64,000 nt of DNA from Candidatus Latescibacterota bacterium (GCA_965222075.1 OZ244937.1:5216001-5280000); one strand, 5' to 3'; positions 27,553-37,546 are shown, counted from the first letter of the stretch. Numbers and translations: made by a program. Notes: generated by a model not told the origin, from the letters alone.

Positions 27553-28691
27553 GTCTCCTTATTGAGGGTAATATGACTAATTCCCAACCATCAACATTAC
27601 CCTCCCTGACGGAGGAAATCGCGATGAAAACAATTCGTGATTTTTTTCGCGACAAGCCGTTTGTGTTATTTGGAACGGGGATGTCCTGCGCGCTTGATCC
27701 GCGGTTCGGGATGCCTGCACTTCGAGACGAACTCTATTGCAATGTCGTCCCGGATTCGCAGGCATCTGCGCAGGGCCGTCAATGGAAAAAGGTTATTGAG
27801 TCACTGCAAACTGGAAGTGGATTGGAAACTGCACTCGACAACGTCACTGATTCATCATTACTTCAGAAGATCACATGTGCCACTGGTCGATTCGTCTCAT
27901 CGATTGATCGTGAGTGTGCATTGCGGATTGCAAAAGGAGAAGTGACATGGCCCGCCACAGGGTTCTTTAAGCGTATAGTCGACACGCTCCCTGAAGGAGA
28001 CCCCATACTTCACGTTTTGACGCCAAACTATGACACCCTGTTCGAGCATGCCTGCGATGCGGTTGGCATCCATTACACAAGTGGATTCTTTGGCGGACTG
28101 GAGCGCCGGACTGATTGGGGTGCTGTCAGTCAATCTTTGCTCTTAGGTCAACAAGTCCCCCAAAGGGGACGACTCAAGATGATTTACAAACCCCGTAAGC
28201 ATGTTCGCCTTTACAAAGTTCACGGTTCATTGAATTTTTTCTTCTACCGAAACATCGTTGTTGAGAACAACGCGTGGATGTGGGATGCGCCAAGCTTTTC
28301 CAACCGAGTCATGATCACACCTGGGCTCTCCAAATACCAGACACTGCAAAACTATAGACAAGAATTGCTGAAGTACGCCGATGCGGAGATTGACAAAGCA
28401 AACCACTTCCTTTTCCTCGGCTACGGCTTCAATGACACCCACTTGGAGGCGTACATCAAGCAGAAACTCATTACTCAAGCCTGTAAGGGGCTTATTGTGA
28501 CGAAGGATTCCAACTTACGTATTGAATCCCTACTTGCCGAGGCCGCAAACCTTTGGTTGGTATGCAAGGCGCAGGAAGATGACGCAGACGGAACACGCAT
28601 ATTCAACAAGCAGTATGCAGGATGGCTCAGTTTACCCACAAAAAAGCTTTGGGACATCAGTACGTTCACAACGGAAATCCTGGGAGGATAA
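27549..28691 (+). CDS. SIR2-family (SIR2_2) NADase of a SIR2-HerA defence system
   Basis: LFGTGMS, LTPNYD, LYKVHGS, FLGYGFNDTH; adjacent to HerA. Start may be 27573. Confidence 0.9.
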   Translation: MSLLIEGNMTNSQPSTLPSLTEEIAMKTIRDFFRDKPFVLFGTGMSCALDPRFGMPALRDELYCNVVPDSQASAQGRQWKKVIESLQTGSGLETALDNVTDSSLLQKITCATGRFVSSIDRECALRIAKGEVTWPATGFFKRIVDTLPEGDPILHVLTPNYDTLFEHACDAVGIHYTSGFFGGLERRTDWGAVSQSLLLGQQVPQRGRLKMIYKPRKHVRLYKVHGSLNFFFYRNIVVENNAWMWDAPSFSNRVMITPGLSKYQTLQNYRQELLKYADAEIDKANHFLFLGYGFNDTHLEAYIKQKLITQACKGLIVTKDSNLRIESLLAEAANLWLVCKAQEDDADGTRIFNKQYAGWLSLPTKKLWDISTFTTEILGG

Positions 28692-28693
28692 CG

Positions 28694-30436
28694 ATGGCAA
28701 TATTCACATTCGATTCATCCCATGTGCTCGGAAAGGTCCGGGCGGTGGACACACGTCGCGTTGATGTCCAAGTGAACAGTGACGAAGACTTGAGGAAAGC
28801 AAGGGTTGGGCAACTTGTGGCCATCGCTTTACCGGGGGCAATTGAAGAATGGCTGATCGGTGTCATTGACAGGGTGGTCAAGACTCCCATTCTCGAAGAC
28901 CCGCCAGAACCAGACTTGGAAAGCGATGAAGATATGGCCAGCGTCTCTCTGCAGCGCGAGGGAGTTCTCAACACGGTTCGAATCACCTTGGTAGGGACAG
29001 TAGGGCTGACGCTGGACAATAAGCCGCAATTCTCTCGTTCCTTGGTACAGGTGCCGGAAATCGATGGAATCTGTCACATCCTTCGGGATGCTCAACTCCA
29101 GGCTTTTATGGCATTGCTTTCAGCCGAGGGGAAAACTGAACATTCCCTGGAGATCGGTCGTTACACAATCGACAAAAAGGCGGCGGCGTATCTTGATGGG
29201 AACAAATTCTTCCAGCGTCACGCTTCGCTTCTTGGTAGCACCGGCTCTGGCAAGTCGTGGTCAGTGGCGGCCATCTTGGAGCAAGCGGCCAAACTCCCGT
29301 CATCCAATTTGATCGTGTTCGATCTTCACGGCGAATACAGCGAGCTCTCATACGCTCGCCACCTTCGTATTCCAGGACCAGAGGAACTCGGACAGTACGA
29401 CGACTCCCTCTTGTTCCTTCCCTATTGGCTGTTGAATGCAGAAGAACTGCAAGCAATGTTTATCGACAGGAGCGAGTTCAGCGCGCACAACCAGGTCATG
29501 GTGTTCCAGGATAAAGTGGTCGCCGAGAAGAAAAAACGGCTTCAAGAATTGAAAAAAACGGATGTCTTAAACGCCTTCACTTTGGACAGCCCGGTTCCAT
29601 TCTCAATAGAAAACGTTGTCGCTGAACTTAAGCGTATGAATGAAGAGATGGTTCCAGGTGCGAAGAGTGGAAATGAAAAACGAGGCCCCTTCTATGACCA
29701 ATTCAGCCGATTGCTCCTCCGTCTGAACAGCAAAATCACTGATAAGCGGTATGGCTTTCTATTTCAGGCACCTTACTCAGCACACGAATACGATGCAATG
29801 GCTGAAATGATGAAACGACTAATGGATTATTCCGAGTCGAAAGCACAGATCAAGGTTATCGATTTTTCAGAGGTGCCAGCCGATATCCTGCCGGTCATTG
29901 TTGGGCTTGTCGCACGCATCATATACCAAGTGCAGTTTTGGACGGATCGACAGAGACGGACGCCAATGGCTCTCGTGTGCGACGAGGCTCATATGTATCT
30001 GCCCAAAAAGGATGGGAAGAACCCGGTCGAGCAACGGGCTATTGAGAATTTCGAGAAGATTGCCAAGGAGGGACGTAAGTATGGCGTTGCGCTATTGGTC
30101 GTCAGCCAACGGCCCTCTGACGTAAGCTCCACAATTCTCAGCCAGTGCAACAACATCATATCTCTCCGGCTTACCAATGGCGACGATCAGGCAACGGTCA
30201 AAAGGCTCATGCCCGAAAGCCTCGAGGGTCTAATGGACACTCTGCCAATCTTGGACATCGGGGAAGCCCTTGTGGTCGGCGACGCAGTTCTGCTCCCGAG
30301 CAGGATTCGCATTCACCCGCCCGAGGAAAAACCGCTGAGCGCCACTATCGACTTTTGGGACGAATGGACGAAGAAGCCCGACAAACCGGATTTCGCAAAG
30401 ACGGTTGAGAATATGCGCAAACAAAACAGAGCATAA
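28694..30436 (+). CDS. herA: HerA/FtsK-family ATPase (DUF87) of a SIR2-HerA system
   Basis: RHASLLGSTGSGKS, FDLHGEY, VCDEAH, IAKEGRKYGV, SQRPSD, SQCNN..LRLTN..DQ; start ATG 28694 after GGAGG. Confidence 0.92.
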   Translation: MAIFTFDSSHVLGKVRAVDTRRVDVQVNSDEDLRKARVGQLVAIALPGAIEEWLIGVIDRVVKTPILEDPPEPDLESDEDMASVSLQREGVLNTVRITLVGTVGLTLDNKPQFSRSLVQVPEIDGICHILRDAQLQAFMALLSAEGKTEHSLEIGRYTIDKKAAAYLDGNKFFQRHASLLGSTGSGKSWSVAAILEQAAKLPSSNLIVFDLHGEYSELSYARHLRIPGPEELGQYDDSLLFLPYWLLNAEELQAMFIDRSEFSAHNQVMVFQDKVVAEKKKRLQELKKTDVLNAFTLDSPVPFSIENVVAELKRMNEEMVPGAKSGNEKRGPFYDQFSRLLLRLNSKITDKRYGFLFQAPYSAHEYDAMAEMMKRLMDYSESKAQIKVIDFSEVPADILPVIVGLVARIIYQVQFWTDRQRRTPMALVCDEAHMYLPKKDGKNPVEQRAIENFEKIAKEGRKYGVALLVVSQRPSDVSSTILSQCNNIISLRLTNGDDQATVKRLMPESLEGLMDTLPILDIGEALVVGDAVLLPSRIRIHPPEEKPLSATIDFWDEWTKKPDKPDFAKTVENMRKQNRA

Positions 30437-30477
30437 ACGCTCCAAGGAAACAATAAAGTGATTTGGAACGCGGCAGC

Positions 30478-33459
30478 ATGATCCCCAGAACCTGCAAACG
30501 CCTCGCCGAGGTGGACTTCCCGATTGCCGAGGTTTCCAGGCATGCGGCCCGGGAGAAGTCGATTCGGCACGGGCATCCCTCGACGCTGCACCTGTGGTGG
30601 GCGCGGCGGCCGCTGGCCTCGTCGCGGGCGGTGCTGATGGCGTTGCTGCTGCCGGACCCGTGTGACCCGCACTGCCCGGAGGCGTTCAAGCAGAAGGCCC
30701 GCCAGATTCTCCTCAAGATGGACGGGCGGCCGCAAGGGTGGACAACGGCTATCGAACCGGATGAGGGATTGCGGCGGATCATGCTGAAGTTCATCGCCGA
30801 CTTCGCCAATTGGGATCTTGCCGCGAATCGCGCCTATCTCGACGTGAGCCGTGCACTTGTGAAGGCTGCGCATGGCGAGGAGTCGCCGCTCGTGGTGGAC
30901 CCGTTTGCGGGCGGGGGTTCGATTCCGCTGGAGGCGCTGCGGCTCGGTTGCGAGGCGTTCGCCAGCGATCTGAATCCGGTGGCGTGCCTGATTCTGAAGG
31001 TGATGCTGGAGGACATCCCGCGCCACGGACCGGGGCTGGCTGAGGAACTGCGCCAGGTCGGCGGCGAGATCAAGCGGCAGGCCGAGCAGGAACTGGCAGA
31101 TCTCTATCCGGTGGACTTGGACGGGGCGACGCCGATTGCCTATCTCTGGGCGCGGACGGTGCGTTGCGAAGCGCCCAACTGCGGCGCGGAGATTCCGTTG
31201 ATGCGTTCGTTCTATCTGTGCAAGAAGCCCAAACGCAAGTGGGCGTTGCGGCACCGGATCGAGCGATCCGAGGGGGAGCCACCGAGCGTCGAGTTTGAGG
31301 TGTTCGAGCCGAAGGCTGATGGCGAGGTGCGTGGCGGCACGGTCACGCGCGCCAAGGCGACCTGCCTGTGCTGTGGCGCAGTACTGCCGCCCGAGCGGGT
31401 GCGGGCGCAGCTTGCGGCCCAACGGGGCGGCGCGGATGTGATTTTCGACGCAGAGGGCAACCGGACGGGCGGGGCGCGGATGACGGCGGTGGTGACGCTA
31501 CAGCCTGGCGTGAAGGGCCGCCACTATCGGCTACCCACTGACGAGGACTACGAGGCGGTGCGCCGGTCACAAGCGCGGCTGGCAAACATCCTTTGCGAGT
31601 GGAAGCGGGGCGGGAAACAGGGCCTTTGCCCGGTGCCGGATGAGCCGTTGCCCATTGAACGGCAGAGGGGTAGTTCAGGCTTCCGGGTATTGCTCTATGG
31701 AATGAATACGTGGGGTGATCTCTTAACGGCTCGGCAGAAGGTGGCGTTGGTGGAGTTGGGGCGGTTGACAGCTTCCGGGGAGACGCATCGACAGACTCTT
31801 TCATTGGCTCTAACTCGGGTGGCCAACGCCGGATGTTCGCTCTGTAGATGGCATACGACCAGAGAGAACCACGAGGGTGTCTTTTCCCGTCAAGCGCTTC
31901 CAATGGTCTGGGACTATAGTGAGGGCAATCCGTTTTCTGATTCAACGGGCGGATATGCTGGCGCCTTAGACTGGATTGCTAAGGTAGCTGAGGTTTGGCC
32001 TCAGTCTGACACTGGACAGATTCAACCAGCCGACGCCACCGACCACCCGTTACCCGACCAATCCGCCGGAGTCTGGTTCACCGACCCGCCCTATTACGAT
32101 GCCATTGCCTACGCAGATCTATCTGATTTCTTCTTTATCTGGCTTAAACGTGTCCTCCCACGGGATGACCCCTTGTTGCAGAATCCGTCTAACCCGAAAA
32201 ATCCTCTGTCTCCCAAACAAGAGGAAGTAATTCAGGACCCTGCTCGTTTCGTCAATGGCGCGGCCAAAGACCAGGGCTTCTATGAATCGAGAATAGCGAA
32301 GGCCTTTGCGGAGGGCTGCCGTGTTCTCCAAGAGGACGGCGTTGGCTCCGTCGTCTTCGCTCACAAAACGACCGAAGGCTGGGAGGCGCTGCTCTCCGGC
32401 ATGATCCAGGGCGGCTGGACCATCACCGGCTCCTGGCCGATTGCGACCGAGATGGGGTCCAGACTCAACGCACGCGACACCGCATCCCTCGCCACCAGCA
32501 TCCACCTGATCTGTCGCCCGCGTCCAGAAAATGCGTCGGTTGGCGATTGGGCCGATGTGCTGCGGGAACTGCCGGTCCGCGTCGGTGATTGGATGGAACG
32601 GTTGCAGAGTGAAGGGATTCGAGGTGCGGATCTGGTGTTCGCCTGCATCGGGCCGGCGCTGGAGATTTTCAGCCGCTACCGCGCAGTGGAGACTGCCGAA
32701 AGTGATACGGTCGGCCTGTCTGAATATCTGGAGAAGGTCTGGGAGGTGGTCGGCCGCGCCGCGTTGCAACAGGTGCTGGGCACGGCACAGGCCTGCCTGT
32801 CTGCCGACGAGGCAGGTGCGCTGGAAGAGGATGCCCGGCTGACCGCGCTCTTCCTCTGGACGCTCCAGAGCACGGACACCGTTGCAGAGAATCAGGAACA
32901 AGCGGACGAGGTAGGCGAGGAAGCCGTCGCCAAAGTAGCGTCGAAGGGGTTCAGCCTGCCCTTTGACGTGGTACGCCGCTTTGCCCAACCCATGGGCATT
33001 GACCTGGATACATGGAAGGACCGTATCATCGGCCAGGAAAAGGGCGTGGTGCGCCTGTTGCCAGTGGCCGAGCGGGCCGGGGAACTCTTCGGCGAGGATG
33101 GCGCTGCCGCCGCGGCTGACTGGATCGAGAGCGACCCGCATGCCGACGTGCAGCAGACGCTTTTTTCCGACTGGCAGGACAGCGCGCCTGCAATCGTCCG
33201 GGAGCCGCGGCCGCGATACGGCGAAGCATCCGACGAATACCCCGCTTCGACTCTTGGCGACACCACCCTCGACCGCGTCCACACCGCCATGCTGTTCCAG
33301 GCCAGCGGTCACGCCAATGCGCTGCGGAAGCTGATTGGCACCGAGCAGGATCGCGGCCCTGACTTCCTGCGGCTTGCCAACGCGCTATCGGCCCTCTATC
33401 CTCAAGGGTCCAACGAGAAACGCCTGCTCGACGCCATGCTCCTGGCGGTACCGAGGTGA
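30478..33459 (+). CDS. DUF1156-domain adenine DNA methyltransferase; core gene 2
   Basis: LHLWWARRPL, SAM motif DPFAGGGSIP, Zn-ribbon Cys pairs, catalytic TDPPYYD. Confidence 0.92.
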   Translation: MIPRTCKRLAEVDFPIAEVSRHAAREKSIRHGHPSTLHLWWARRPLASSRAVLMALLLPDPCDPHCPEAFKQKARQILLKMDGRPQGWTTAIEPDEGLRRIMLKFIADFANWDLAANRAYLDVSRALVKAAHGEESPLVVDPFAGGGSIPLEALRLGCEAFASDLNPVACLILKVMLEDIPRHGPGLAEELRQVGGEIKRQAEQELADLYPVDLDGATPIAYLWARTVRCEAPNCGAEIPLMRSFYLCKKPKRKWALRHRIERSEGEPPSVEFEVFEPKADGEVRGGTVTRAKATCLCCGAVLPPERVRAQLAAQRGGADVIFDAEGNRTGGARMTAVVTLQPGVKGRHYRLPTDEDYEAVRRSQARLANILCEWKRGGKQGLCPVPDEPLPIERQRGSSGFRVLLYGMNTWGDLLTARQKVALVELGRLTASGETHRQTLSLALTRVANAGCSLCRWHTTRENHEGVFSRQALPMVWDYSEGNPFSDSTGGYAGALDWIAKVAEVWPQSDTGQIQPADATDHPLPDQSAGVWFTDPPYYDAIAYADLSDFFFIWLKRVLPRDDPLLQNPSNPKNPLSPKQEEVIQDPARFVNGAAKDQGFYESRIAKAFAEGCRVLQEDGVGSVVFAHKTTEGWEALLSGMIQGGWTITGSWPIATEMGSRLNARDTASLATSIHLICRPRPENASVGDWADVLRELPVRVGDWMERLQSEGIRGADLVFACIGPALEIFSRYRAVETAESDTVGLSEYLEKVWEVVGRAALQQVLGTAQACLSADEAGALEEDARLTALFLWTLQSTDTVAENQEQADEVGEEAVAKVASKGFSLPFDVVRRFAQPMGIDLDTWKDRIIGQEKGVVRLLPVAERAGELFGEDGAAAAADWIESDPHADVQQTLFSDWQDSAPAIVREPRPRYGEASDEYPASTLGDTTLDRVHTAMLFQASGHANALRKLIGTEQDRGPDFLRLANALSALYPQGSNEKRLLDAMLLAVPR
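32792..32816. repeat. Palindromic element CCTGCCTGTCTGCCGACGAGGCAGG inside the methylase ORF
   Basis: Same terminal arms as the other copies; read in frame as ACLSADEAG. Confidence 0.55.
33346..33459 (+). repeat. Methylase 3'-tail anchor, copy 1 (within the intact gene)
   Basis: QDRGPDFLRLANALSALYPQGSNEKRLLDAMLLAVPR*. Confidence 0.95.
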
Positions 33460-33505
33460 GGACATGCGACAGACGTGAACAACGTGTGAAGTTGATTCGA
33501 GACCG

Positions 33506-33817
33506 ATGCATATAGTCCCATCAAAGAACGACGTTTCAATCAGGTTGACCGAAGAGAGGTGGCGTCATGTTGCGGAGCGCCATCCCGAGATGAAGAAGCA
33601 CCGGGCGGAGGTTCTCGAGACGATTGCGGAACCGGACGTCATTCAACAGGGTGACTTCGGCGTCTTGTTGGCAGCACGTCTGTACCCCCGGACAGCGCTC
33701 ACCAGCAAGTATGTCATAGTGGCCTATCGAGAACGTGGGGAAACGGACGGCTTTGTGCTAACCGCATACTTGACCAGCCGGCCGACATCAAGGAGGAGAA
33801 TCCTATGGAAACGCTGA
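33506..33817 (+). CDS. Putative RelE/BrnT-like toxin of a DUF2283-associated pair
   Basis: IRLTEERW.H...HPE, PD.I..GD, KY..V.Y....DGFVLTAY; overlaps the DUF2283 gene. Confidence 0.65.
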   Translation: MHIVPSKNDVSIRLTEERWRHVAERHPEMKKHRAEVLETIAEPDVIQQGDFGVLLAARLYPRTALTSKYVIVAYRERGETDGFVLTAYLTSRPTSRRRILWKR

Positions 33818-34032
33818 AGATTCTGGAAAGCAAGCAGAGCCTGAACTGGGACTACGACGGCGAGGCGGATGTGCTGTACATCTCTGTCGCGTCACCGAAA
33901 CCCGCGGTGGGCATCGACGTTGGGGAGGGCGTGATCGTTCGCTACGACGAGATGCACAAGGAAGTCGTCGGTCTCTCAATCGTCGGTCTTCGCGAGAAAA
34001 TGCTGCGCGAGCTGTCGACCCGCGCGCGCTGA
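33805..34032 (+). CDS. DUF2283 family protein
   Basis: YD.EADVLYI...EGVIVRYD....VVG..I.G. Confidence 0.85.
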   Translation: METLKILESKQSLNWDYDGEADVLYISVASPKPAVGIDVGEGVIVRYDEMHKEVVGLSIVGLREKMLRELSTRAR

Positions 34033-34084
34033 GGTAGGGCCGCCGGGCCTTCGGAGCCTGGAACACTGTAGGAAGATATGAATG

Positions 34085-34281
34085 AAGAGAATGGCCAGCA
34101 GGAACAGGAAGACGAGGCCGACCTGCCTGCCAGGAAGTCTCTCGCAGGCGAGGAAGCGGTCGCCAAGCAGGATCGCGGCCCCGATTTCCTACGGCTTGCC
34201 AACGTGCTATCGGCCCTCTATCCACAGGGCTGCAACGAGAACCGCCTGCTTGACGCCATGCTGTTGGCGGTGCCGAGGTGA
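34085..34281 (+). repeat. Methylase 3'-tail anchor, copy 2 (internally deleted)
   Basis: 34085-34167 matches about 32886-32934 (QEQ.DE...GEEAVAK) and is joined to a 114-nt match of 33346-33459; contains a CCTGCCTG insert at 34122. Confidence 0.92.
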
Positions 34282-34422
34282 TGCTTGATCCAGTACTTAG
34301 GTGTGCAACAAAGGTTTGCCGAAAAAGGTTGACACGAAGCGAAAATCCCGGTTAAATACACAAATCCCGAGTCATACGAGGAGACAACATGCGTCGAATT
34401 CCAGCGGGGAGGGGTACACTCT

Positions 34423-35316
34423 ATGGCCGATGATAGGACCGCGCAACCTGCGCCACAAAAAAATCCAGCTACGAGCGATTCAATCGCGGTCGAGTGGCTT
34501 CGTTCCAAGCTCGCTGAAATTGAGAAGCATACCTGTATGGATGCGCTGACAATTTTCGGTCCGATCATGGGGTCAGTCGATCACCGCGTCAGGTTGGCGA
34601 TCGAAAGCGTGCCGGAACGCCGCGAAGGTTCGCTCGTGATCATTGATACAATTGGTGGAATCGTCGAGGTCGCCGAACGCATTGTAACCACGCTCAGGCA
34701 TTACTATAAAGAGGTGAAGTTTCTCATTCCCGATAGGGCGATGTCGGCGGGGACGGTACTCGTGATGTCTGGGGACGCAATTTTGATGGATCACTTTTCT
34801 TGTTTGGGGCCGGTTGATCCCCAGTTGGATATAGAAGGCAAACCAATCCCGATATCAGTTCTTTCTTATCTTGAACAATACGAACGCTTCGTTAAAAAAG
34901 CCGAAGAAGGCACCCTGACAAGTGCGGACTTGGTACTGCTTCAGAAACTTGATGCCGCTGATTTGCGGCAGTACGAACTGGCGGCCAAGCTATCGGTTCG
35001 ACTCATTCAAGATTGGCTTGTGACGTACAAATTCAAGGATTGGTCAACACACGGTTCTACAAAGAAAACTGTTACCCAAAAAGAAAAGGAGAAGCGTGCG
35101 GAAGAGATCGCCCAAGCACTTAACGATCAAGAAAGATGGGGCACTCATGGACGTGGAATTAATCGGGATGTTCTTGCTGAATTGAAGCTCAAAATTGATG
35201 ATTTGGAAGCCGATCCTACATTGAGCAACTTGATCAAGGAGTACTTCTGGTTTTTCAGGGATTTTGCGTTCAAGACAGAAGCGATTAGCCTAGTCCATAA
35301 CCGTTATTACTTTTGA
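34423..35316 (+). CDS. SDH/SppA-like ClpP-fold serine protease
   Basis: IDT.GG...AE.I, P.RAMSAGT...SGD.I.M...S.LGPVDPQ, W.THGRGI. Confidence 0.85.
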   Translation: MADDRTAQPAPQKNPATSDSIAVEWLRSKLAEIEKHTCMDALTIFGPIMGSVDHRVRLAIESVPERREGSLVIIDTIGGIVEVAERIVTTLRHYYKEVKFLIPDRAMSAGTVLVMSGDAILMDHFSCLGPVDPQLDIEGKPIPISVLSYLEQYERFVKKAEEGTLTSADLVLLQKLDAADLRQYELAAKLSVRLIQDWLVTYKFKDWSTHGSTKKTVTQKEKEKRAEEIAQALNDQERWGTHGRGINRDVLAELKLKIDDLEADPTLSNLIKEYFWFFRDFAFKTEAISLVHNRYYF

Positions 35317-35327
35317 AAGGAGTCCCC

Positions 35328-35549
35328 ATGCTAAAGGAACACCAACTAATGCTAACCGAAGAGCAGATCGCGAAGAATCCAGCGATCGATCCCAAGATCG
35401 TCAAAGAGGCCCTGCAAATGCGCCGAGAACTCGAAAAACTGGGAGTGTGGGAAGATAGCGGTAGTCGAGTGAGAAACCCCTTTGAAATCAAGCCTGCCTT
35501 GAATCCACGGGGACAAAGCGGGAATCGGCTCATCACGCAGAACCGATAA
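35328..35549 (+). CDS. Small hypothetical protein downstream of the protease
   Basis: AGGAG RBS, 73 codons, co-oriented 11 nt after the protease stop. Confidence 0.6.
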   Translation: MLKEHQLMLTEEQIAKNPAIDPKIVKEALQMRRELEKLGVWEDSGSRVRNPFEIKPALNPRGQSGNRLITQNR

Positions 35550-35582
35550 TTCCTATTGATGCCTAAAGCGCTCAGAAGGCAC

Positions 35583-35660
35583 ATGACCTCTTGGAAAAGG
35601 CTTTCCTTCCCACACTGCGAGATTCGTGGAAACTGTTCCTTCAACCCGACAAACTCAACC
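35583..35660 (+). repeat. Degenerate DUF499 ATPase 5'-head anchor
   Basis: MTSWKRLSFPHCEIRGNCSFNP aligns without gaps to LEPWYKIVTLRKEVREGRSFSP (W4, E13, R15, S19, F20, P22 conserved). Confidence 0.6.
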
Positions 35661-35685
35661 GTCCTTCGCCGACACTGATCGTCTC

Positions 35686-35802
35686 TGAGCAAACCTTGGT
35701 CCCGAATTCCCACATTTTGCCAAACTCCCTAACCGCCCTCTATCCTCAAGGGTGCAACGAGAAACGCCTGCTCGACGCCATGCTGCTGGCGGTACCGAGG
35801 TG
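35686..35802 (+). repeat. Methylase 3'-tail anchor, copy 3
   Basis: GCCCTCTATCCTCAAGGG..CAACGAGAAACGCCTGCTCGACGCCATGCT.CTGGCGGTACCGAGGTG is nearly identical from about 35735; degenerate upstream. Confidence 0.92.
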
Positions 35803-35805
35803 GCC

Positions 35806-37488
35806 ATGATCCGGTGCGTTACGATCAAGAATTTCAAGCGCTTCCGCAAGCAGTCGTTCGAGCTGGCGGATTCAGTCGTCCTCGCCGGGCCGAACAACGC
35901 CGGGAAGTCCACGTTGCTCCAGGCGATTGCGACCTGGAAGTTCGGGCTCGACCGATGGGTCGCTCAGCGGGTGGGGGGCAGGGCCGTTACGCGGTCCGGG
36001 ATCGCGATCCCACGCGCCGACATCACTGCGGTGCCGCTTCGGGAGATGAATCTCCTCTGGGAGGATCGCAGAGTCACCGGCCCGCGCGGCATGTCCGGGA
36101 CGCGGCGGCTGATCGAGATCGTCGTGGAAGGGCAAGCGAACGGGGAGCCCTGGACGTGTGGGATCGAACTCCAGTACGCCAATCCCGAGCTGGCGTACGT
36201 ACGGCCTCGGGATGCGAAGAGTCTGGATCGCGAAGCCTTGCGGGATTTTCCGCCGGAGGCGGCACAGCAACTCAATATCGTCCATGTCCCCCCGCTCTCG
36301 GGTATTGAGCGCGATGAGCCTCGGCGCGACCGGGGTATGCAGGACCTGCTCGTCGGCCAGGGGCGACCAGGCGAGATCCTGCGCAATCTTCTGCTGGAGA
36401 TTGCCGAGAGCAAGGATGAAGAGAGTTGGTCGTTGCTTGCGCGGCACATCCAGGACCTCTTCGGGATAGAACTGCTCAAGCCCGCCTATTCGCCGGCCCA
36501 GCCGTACATTGTGTGCGAGTACCGCGAGCCGGGGCACACCCGGCCGCTCGACCTTTCCAACGCCGGGAGCGGAACCCTGCAAGTGCTTCTCCTGTTCGCC
36601 TTCTTGTACGCCCGACCCGCCACGGTGATCCTGCTCGACGAGCCTGACGCGCACCAGCACGTCATCCTGCAACGGCAGGTGTACGACCTGATCCGCAAGG
36701 TCGCCCGCGAGCGCGGCGGGCAGGTGATCGCGGCGACGCACTCCGAAGTCGTCCTCGATGCGACGGAGCCGGCCCGGGTGATCGGGCTCTTCGGCGAAGC
36801 CCCCCGTGCACTGGCTAGCGAGACCGAGCGCAATCAGCTTCGAGAGGCGCTCAAGCGCGTCACCACGACCGATCTGTTGCTGGCTCAGGAGGTCGGGGCC
36901 GTGCTCTACGTCGAGAGCGAAACGGACGAGAGGATACTGGCGGAGTGGGCGCGGATCCTCGATCATCCGGCGCGACGCTTCTTCGAGCGGCCTTTTGTCC
37001 ACTGGCTCAGTGGCAGGAGCCTGCGCGAAGTGAGAGCACATTTCTTCGCCATGCAGGCGGTCTTTCCCGGGATGCCCGCCCTTTGTCTGCTTGATGGGGA
37101 CAATCGCGATGAGCCGGACGTAGAGACGACGCATGCCGGTCTGGTCCTGCTGCGCTGGCGTCGCTACGAGATCGAGAACTACCTTCTGCAGCCGGAGGCG
37201 ATCAAGCGATTCGTCGATTTCCCGCTGATGCAGCCAGAAATTGACGCTGCATTCTGGAGCCAGGTGCCCCAGGGGACCGACCTCTTTGGGGATCACGTCT
37301 CGCTCGTGCGCGTCAAAGCAAGCGATGAGTTCCTGGTGCCGCTGTTGGAAAATCTCGGCAGCAACACCCCCAAGAGAGATCTATATCTGCTGGCAGCCGT
37401 TATGAACAAAGACGAGATCCACCCGGAGATCCACGAGAAACTCGACCGTATCGCAGAGTCGCTCAATCCTCACGAGCCAGGGGCGTAG
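35806..37488 (+). CDS. ABC ATPase fused to TOPRIM-like nuclease (OLD/PARIS-fused-like)
   Basis: KNFKRF, GPNNAGKS, GSG..Q, LLDEPDAH, ATHS; C-terminal YVESETD, LLDGD, RYEIENYL. SD GAGGTG supplied by the methylase-tail copy. Confidence 0.85.
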   Translation: MIRCVTIKNFKRFRKQSFELADSVVLAGPNNAGKSTLLQAIATWKFGLDRWVAQRVGGRAVTRSGIAIPRADITAVPLREMNLLWEDRRVTGPRGMSGTRRLIEIVVEGQANGEPWTCGIELQYANPELAYVRPRDAKSLDREALRDFPPEAAQQLNIVHVPPLSGIERDEPRRDRGMQDLLVGQGRPGEILRNLLLEIAESKDEESWSLLARHIQDLFGIELLKPAYSPAQPYIVCEYREPGHTRPLDLSNAGSGTLQVLLLFAFLYARPATVILLDEPDAHQHVILQRQVYDLIRKVARERGGQVIAATHSEVVLDATEPARVIGLFGEAPRALASETERNQLREALKRVTTTDLLLAQEVGAVLYVESETDERILAEWARILDHPARRFFERPFVHWLSGRSLREVRAHFFAMQAVFPGMPALCLLDGDNRDEPDVETTHAGLVLLRWRRYEIENYLLQPEAIKRFVDFPLMQPEIDAAFWSQVPQGTDLFGDHVSLVRVKASDEFLVPLLENLGSNTPKRDLYLLAAVMNKDEIHPEIHEKLDRIAESLNPHEPGA

Positions 37489-37546
37489 CGATGCAAGTAA
37501 GGTGACGACCAATGGTCCCCTGGTACAGATCGAGGAGAGGTACAGA

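Noticed and set aside
34040-34075. Possible further DUF499 head (GGAGCCTGGAACACTGTA) after the DUF2283 gene
   Set aside because: The position fits the model, but the match is too short and degenerate to support.
37511-37532. ATGGTCCCCTGGTACAGAT resembling a mini-duplicate of the DUF499 start
   Set aside because: Only about 10 matching nt (CCCTGGTA); may be chance.
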